Source of the DNA: Eledone cirrhosa
Lineage: Eukaryota
Reading direction: 5' to 3'
DNA length: 64,000 bases
Assembly (NCBI GenBank): GCA_964016885.1
Contig: CAXHJY010001173.1
Location: forward strand, 62,001-126,000
Below the pieces are notes generated by a model, which was given only the letters and a program-made list of their open reading frames with translations, did no database searches and was not told the origin of the DNA. This document shows positions 57,590 to 64,000 of the stretch, one piece after another. The position numbers and the translations under genes are program-made. The stretch's first letter is position 1. Every line of letters starts with the position of its first letter.

Positions 57590-57724
57590 TAATAAATGGT
57601 TTGAACATAACTTTGATTCCTGTGAATTCTATACATATATACATATATATATATACATATATATATATACATATATACACATATATATATACATATATAC
57701 ATATATATATATATACATATAATT

Positions 57725-58530
57725 CTATTTGAAATGTGCATTACTTGGCACCGAGATTGCACTCAAGCTTTCCCATGAGAATGAGAGGGCAAAGAAAGAG
57801 AACAGGGCCATAGAAAACATTAAAACAAACCCTAAGGCCTTCTTTAAATTTGCAAAAGAAACTGCCTCATTACACTGCAAGTTTAGGCCACTCTTCCATA
57901 CGGACGGTTCATTAACCGAAAACCCCCAAGAGATATGTGAAATACTGAATGAACAGTACAAAAGTGTCTTCACATGTCCACTGAGGCACATGCAAATAAC
58001 GAAGCCAGAGGAGTTCTTTGATGCCACAACACTACATGAAGAAATGGCAACCATCAACCACATAGACATAACGGAGGAGGATGTGGTGTACGCCATTGAG
58101 GAAATTAGAACAGACTCGGCGGCTGGACCTGATGGATTCCCAGCAGTTCTCTTAAAAATATGTAAGCGGGCCTTAGCAACTCCACTGAAGATGCTCTTCA
58201 GAAGCTCCTTGGCTAGCGGTGTACTACCCAAGGAGTTGAAATAAGGCACAATATGCCCTAAACATAAAGGAGGTAGCAGAGCGGAGGCCAAAAACTATAG
58301 GCCAGTCTCCCTGACGTCGCATATCAGTAAGGTCATGGAGCGAGTCATCAGAAAGAAACTGATCACTTTCCTCGAGGAAAATGACCGCCTGACTAGCACG
58401 CAACATGGCTTCCGCCCAGGAAGAAGCCGCCTTACACAGCTGCTGCATCACTACGACTGGGTACTGAAACAACTACTAGACAGCTCACATGTGGACGTGA
58501 TATATCTTGACTTTGTGAAGGCCTTTGACA
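57725..58530 (+). pseudogene. CR1/L2-group LINE RT N-terminal fragment
   Basis: [43 protein letters not shown]; internal stop at 58242. Confidence 0.9.
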
Positions 58531-58850
58531 TTATATTTATAAATATATATATATATACATATATTTATAAATATATATATATAAATATATTTATAAATAT
58601 ATATATATATATACATATATTTATAAATATATATACATATATATATACATATATTTATAAATATATATATATACATATATACATATATTTATAAATATAT
58701 ATATATATACATATATACATATATTTATAAATATATATATATATATACATATATACATATATTTATAAATATATATATATATATACATATATTTATAAAT
58801 ATATATATATATACATATATACATATATACATATATACATATATTTATAA

Positions 58851-58881
<31 letters not shown>

Positions 58882-59009
58882 TACATATATTTATAAATAT
58901 ATATATATATATACATATATTTATAAATATATATATATACATATATATACATATATACATATATACATATTTATACATATATTTATAAATATATACATAT
59001 ATATACATA

Positions 59010-59075
<66 letters not shown>

Positions 59076-59145
59076 TTCATAAATATATATATACATATAT
59101 ACATATATTTATAAATATTCCTAAGCCGAAATACGGTTTTCGCTA

Positions 59146-59223
<78 letters not shown>

Positions 59224-59379
59224 TTATATATATATATATTTATATATTTTTATATATATATATATATATATTTATATATTTATATATATATATTTATATA
59301 TATATATATATATTTATATATATTTATATATTTATATATTTATATATATACGGAAAAAATGAAACGAAATTTCATTTCC

Positions 59380-59448
<69 letters not shown>

Positions 59449-59451
<3 letters not shown>

Positions 59452-62400
59452 AAAGTTCAATTTAAATTGTTGGGATACAACAAGCAAATATTTTTATAAC
59501 TGATATAAAGCACTCAACAAATATTTGGAGTAAAAATACGATATTAACAAATGGAAACTAGATTTATAAAACCATATTTATTTCATTATACATATTTCAA
59601 TGACACCATGTTAAATTATGGTGTGCTTTCATTAGATAAAATATAATATAGATCAGTTTTATAAGTAAATAAATACTGACACACTCTTAAAAAATGCAAC
59701 CATTACTGTTGGAAGCTCCCGGATAGTGGAGTTGTAGCTTTAATTATATTATTATTAGTATTGAATATTTTAATTTTAATATTAAGCCGTTGGGTTACGG
59801 AGAAAGATAAAGATAAAGAAGGAGAGAGAGAAAGAGAGAGAGACCAAAACAGCAAAGAGAGAAAGATATATATAGAGAGAGGAGACAGAGAGAAGGGGAG
59901 AGAACGAAGTCATATCTTGTTGAGTTAACTTAACAGTTGAGATGAAATGAATAAATAAAATTAGAAATGTTAATAATCATGAATGGAATATACATATATA
60001 AAATGAGAAATTAACCATTGTTTAAATATGATTAGATGTTTAGTTAATCATTTAAAAATTGAGATCAATATATTAAAAATTGAGATCAATATATTAAAAA
60101 TTGGGATCTATATATTAAGAAATCCATATATTACTAGAGAACTACATATCATATAATACGTATACACACGCAAAAATACATATAAATATATATACACACT
60201 TATAAAATACATAACATATCTAACTACGTATATAATATATACACACAAAAAACAAAGGATTCTTTAATTTAATTTAAGATATAGGAATCTTATAAAATGT
60301 TATAATTGTTAAGATATTAAAGGAAATGTTATGTTATACACACTTTATGTTATTAAACAACATTTTTTTTATATAAGTTTTATAAGATTACCTGTTATGT
60401 ATTTATGGCTGTTATTATATGTCTATCTGTCACGAATCTTGGGATAATCACTATACATAAGTGCAATCAAATTGTATGGATATACGCGCATATGTATATA
60501 CACAATTCCCACATATACATATATATAAATGTACCCTCAACTAATAGGTAGATACGCATCACGTATACATATACATAGATACAGACATACATTCATAAAA
60601 ACGCATAAAATATATGTATGTCAATATACATATATACACACATATAGAGAGAAGTATATATAAATACAGTACATAGTATAATTGAGTACATAAAATACAA
60701 AAGAATTATATTACAATTTGGAAATACAATTATAAGCAATATAACTTTACAATACAATTTTAAAATATTATAGAATATTTTAAGTTATAATTTCAAAATA
60801 ATAGTATGTTTAATAGATTTAGTATAGAAATTTATTTTACGTATATTCAACTTAAAATTTTGAAAGGATAAACTTTCGAAAATAGGAGTAGCTATCAGAA
60901 CAATAAAAATAAGAAATATTTTCTCCTTTCAAGAGCTCTCAATATATTTCTCTAGAATAGTTTATTATATTTATATTTATTTATATTTAGGAAGAAAAGT
61001 TATTTTTACTTGAGTGTATAATCAGTCAGAAAAAGATGAAGGAATCTAATGATTTATCGACAGGTTCAATATATTAATAAAATTAATTATATACTACATT
61101 GTAAATTTATATTTATATTTAAACGTTGAGTTTAATCTATGACTGCAGCAACTGAATAAATTATTTCTTAAGTTCAGGGAATTTTTGGTCTTTAATATAA
61201 AGAACATTTCCTCTATACAAAGATCGCAATTTTCTGAAGATGAGTTAAAAGGAGTAGCTTATGAAATAATATTCCAAATCAACGAATATTCAACGTTCTT
61301 TAGTTTTAGGTCCCATAATAGGCTACATAGAGAAGTTGAAGATTTTTTGTTTGGATCTGTAAAATAATTTTTATGATTATTGAAGTGGGATTTAAACTCT
61401 GTGGAAGTAGATCTCACATAATTAAATGAATTTAAATTAGTTTTTACATTACAATTATATACTACATTTTTAGCTAAACAATTGTTATTTAACGGACAGT
61501 TAGATTTATTTCTACAGTTACATTTATCAAATTGGATATTGCTTGGGTTATTATTGGTATTTTGGTTAGGTTTTAAATTTCTATTATTAATTCTATTAAT
61601 ATTTTGCGCTAAATTTTTGGTGGAAGAATAAGTTAATTTTATAGTATGTCTATTAAAAAATTGAGTAATATCTATGTGTTCTAGGGAAGCATTTGTCAAG
61701 AGCTTTAAAAAATAGTTTAGCAATAGGGGTTTTAATATTTAATGAGAAAGGAGGAGCGAACCATAATATGTTCCTAGTTCTATTTCGGCTTTCGGAATTA
61801 ATGTAAGGTTTTCTATTATAGTTGTTAAAATTGTTACCATAGTTAAAATTGTTACGATTATGGTTAGTTGTTATATTATTATTATTATCGATGTATTTAA
61901 TTTTATTTCTATACCCAGCTCTACCTAACGCTTCGTTGTAATAATGTGCTTTTTCATCAAATATATTCTTATTAACTGAAATTCTCGAAATTCGTTCTTG
62001 TACAGAGTTAACTATAGTATTTTTAACGGATCTGGGTGATTAGAGTTAAAATTGACGTAATTTAAGTTCTCATTTAGTTTGTGAAATGGATAATGAAGAC
62101 ATGTGTTAAGATTTAGTGTTATATCTAGAAAATTAACAATTTTATGGTTATTCTCTATTTCTACTTTTAGATTAAGGTAATTAAAAAATTGTATAATTTG
62201 TTTTCTTTTTCTATTTAGTTCACAGTTATTATTTTCTATAAGTAAAAGCATGTCGTCACGATATAAACCTCCGGTTATCTCAGGTATTTTTCTATGTAGA
62301 GAATTAATTATAAATAGGCCCACAAGATCCGTTATCTTAGCGGAATCGGATGATCCCATAGTTATGTCGAAATTATTATTTCTATCTGCCCTAGTCCAGA

Positions 62401-63002
62401 GTTGGTTATTAAATTCTATTAATGTTTTCCGTGCCGATAATATAATGTGCATTTCATTGCTAGTTAGGTCTGTATGTTTAAATGCGTAAGTTAGTGCCTT
62501 ATTCAGTAGATTAGGAGTGATAGATGAGTAATAGTTAGCAATATCCAACTGAATAAACTTATTATTATAGTTATATTTAATTTCTTTAAACCAATCGATA
62601 ACTTCACTAGTTCCTTTCCATAATTTTAAATAAGATAAATTCTTAATTTGTGGTATTATTCTGTCTAGAATATTTTTGCTAAGTCTGCCAAGGTCCGATT
62701 TAGATGGTGCAATTAATCTGACTGGTAAATCAGTTTCGAAGTTCCTTTTATGATCCTTCATATTAATCTTAGGTTTCCTTGGCATGAAGGGTTGTGTCCT
62801 ATTTTCAATGCCTAGTTCATGCATTATATAAGAGGCATCTGTATTCAAATTTTCAAGGTCGTCTTTATTTGCTACTTTGTATTTCTTCCTTAATTCCTTT
62901 AATATAAGATCGTTATAATTGTCCTTTTGTATTCCGTAAAGATTATTGGTTTTGTCAGACTTGACTAGAATTTTCTCCGTTTTTTCCAAGTTTTCAATAT
63001 TA

Positions 63003-63010
<8 letters not shown>
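59449..63010 (-). mobile_element. Large PLE (family A): RT 62012-63008, linker, GIY-YIG ~61100-61723, AT-rich 3' UTR, pLTR with hammerhead (59581-59641, core mutated) and tail
   Basis: KSDKTNNLY, KDHK.NF, LDIANYYSSI, ITMGS, GGLYRDD, NFLDITLNL; CNCRNKSNCPL..C..NVVYNC. Frameshifts and stops are present. The signature resembles the Hydra clade of PLEs (to be confirmed by phylogeny). Confidence 0.93.
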
Positions 63011-63086
<76 letters not shown>

Positions 63087-63089
<3 letters not shown>

Positions 63090-63540
63090 AAAGTTCTATT
63101 TAGATTGTTGGGATACAACAAGCAAATATTTTTATAACTGATATAAAGCACTCGACAAGTATTTGGAGTAAATATACGATATTAACAAATGGAAACTATA
63201 TTTATAAAACCATATCTATTTCATTATACATATTTCAAGGATACCATGTTAAATTATGGTATGCTTTCATCAGACAAAATACAATATATACCAGTTTTAT
63301 AAATAAATATTGACATACCCTTTCAAAATGCAACCGTTACTTTTGGAAGATATCACTATCCCTGATGTCTTCCAAAAGTAACGGTTGCATTTTGAAAGGG
63401 TATGTCAATATTTATTTATAAAACTGGTATATATTGTATTTTGTCTGATGAAAGCATACCATAATTTAACATGGTATCCTTGAAATATGTATAATGAAAT
63501 AGATATGGTTTTATAAATATAGTTTCCATTTGTTAATATC

Positions 63541-63546
<6 letters not shown>
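63087..63546. mobile_element. PLE family A palindrome (arms 184 bp, centre 63359, tail 63087-63171) with hammerheads 63219-63279 (-) and 63439-63499 (+)
   Basis: Near-perfect inverted repeat with a 7-nt loop ctatccc; same boundary as 49334 and 35312. Confidence 0.92.
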
Positions 63547-63614
<68 letters not shown>

Positions 63615-63623
63615 TATAAATAA

Positions 63624-63721
<98 letters not shown>

Positions 63722-63850
63722 TTATAAATATATATATATGCGCAAAGAAGACAAAATAAAATAAACAAACAAACAAATAAATAAATAAATATATAAACAG
63801 ACTAAATAAAGATGGCGTAGAAATTCAATGCAACGGGATGAATCTATAGC

Positions 63851-63892
63851 ACCACTGACGATGTTGCAGATATACAACGAAAGATTTATGAT
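63851..63892 (+). ncRNA. Minimal type I hammerhead candidate in a PLE-like 3' UTR
   Basis: ACCA-CUGACGA-U-GUUG-CAGAUAUA-CAAC-GAAA-GAU-UUA-UGAU; one stem I mismatch; preceded by (AAAC/AAAT)n like 3340-3365. Confidence 0.6.
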
Positions 63893-64000
63893 AAACTATA
63901 TATATGTGTTTGTGTCTATATTGTATCTGTATTACTTTTGACCTTTGGTCAGTCAATGGCAACATTGAGGACCGAATAAATTTGATTACCGATATAGAAG

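Overview
AT-rich eukaryotic (animal) DNA made almost entirely of repeats. The tRNA-derived SINEs, RTE LINEs with (ATG)n tails and very long (TA)n tracts suggest an octopod cephalopod, which is inference only. I cannot support any host protein-coding gene; most ORFs in the track are microsatellite artefacts. Recognisable content: several RTE-clade LINE fragments, a CR1-like and a CRE-like fragment, two SINE families, a Tigger-like element, a Tc2-like MITE, Helitron remnants, a 5.6-kb 49-bp satellite, a 48-bp minisatellite, and at least six Penelope-like element (PLE) coding remnants (RT and/or GIY-YIG endonuclease). The most striking signal, found by eye, is about 25 type I hammerhead-ribozyme motifs (counting mirror copies) from about 13 sequence families. 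Most lie in short ORF-less insertions inside (TA)n tracts that are near-perfect long palindromes (arms 50-350 bp). These share one architecture: one arm carries a 40-150 nt tail, the other stops at a fixed TA-like site, and the fold-back point varies. One family is tied by sequence to the PLE with RT and GIY-YIG coding sequence at 59.4-63.0 kb. Several hammerheads have very long or branched stem II, one family shows stem II covariation, and one may carry a U3-A8 core variant. All coordinates and folds were derived by hand and need computational confirmation.
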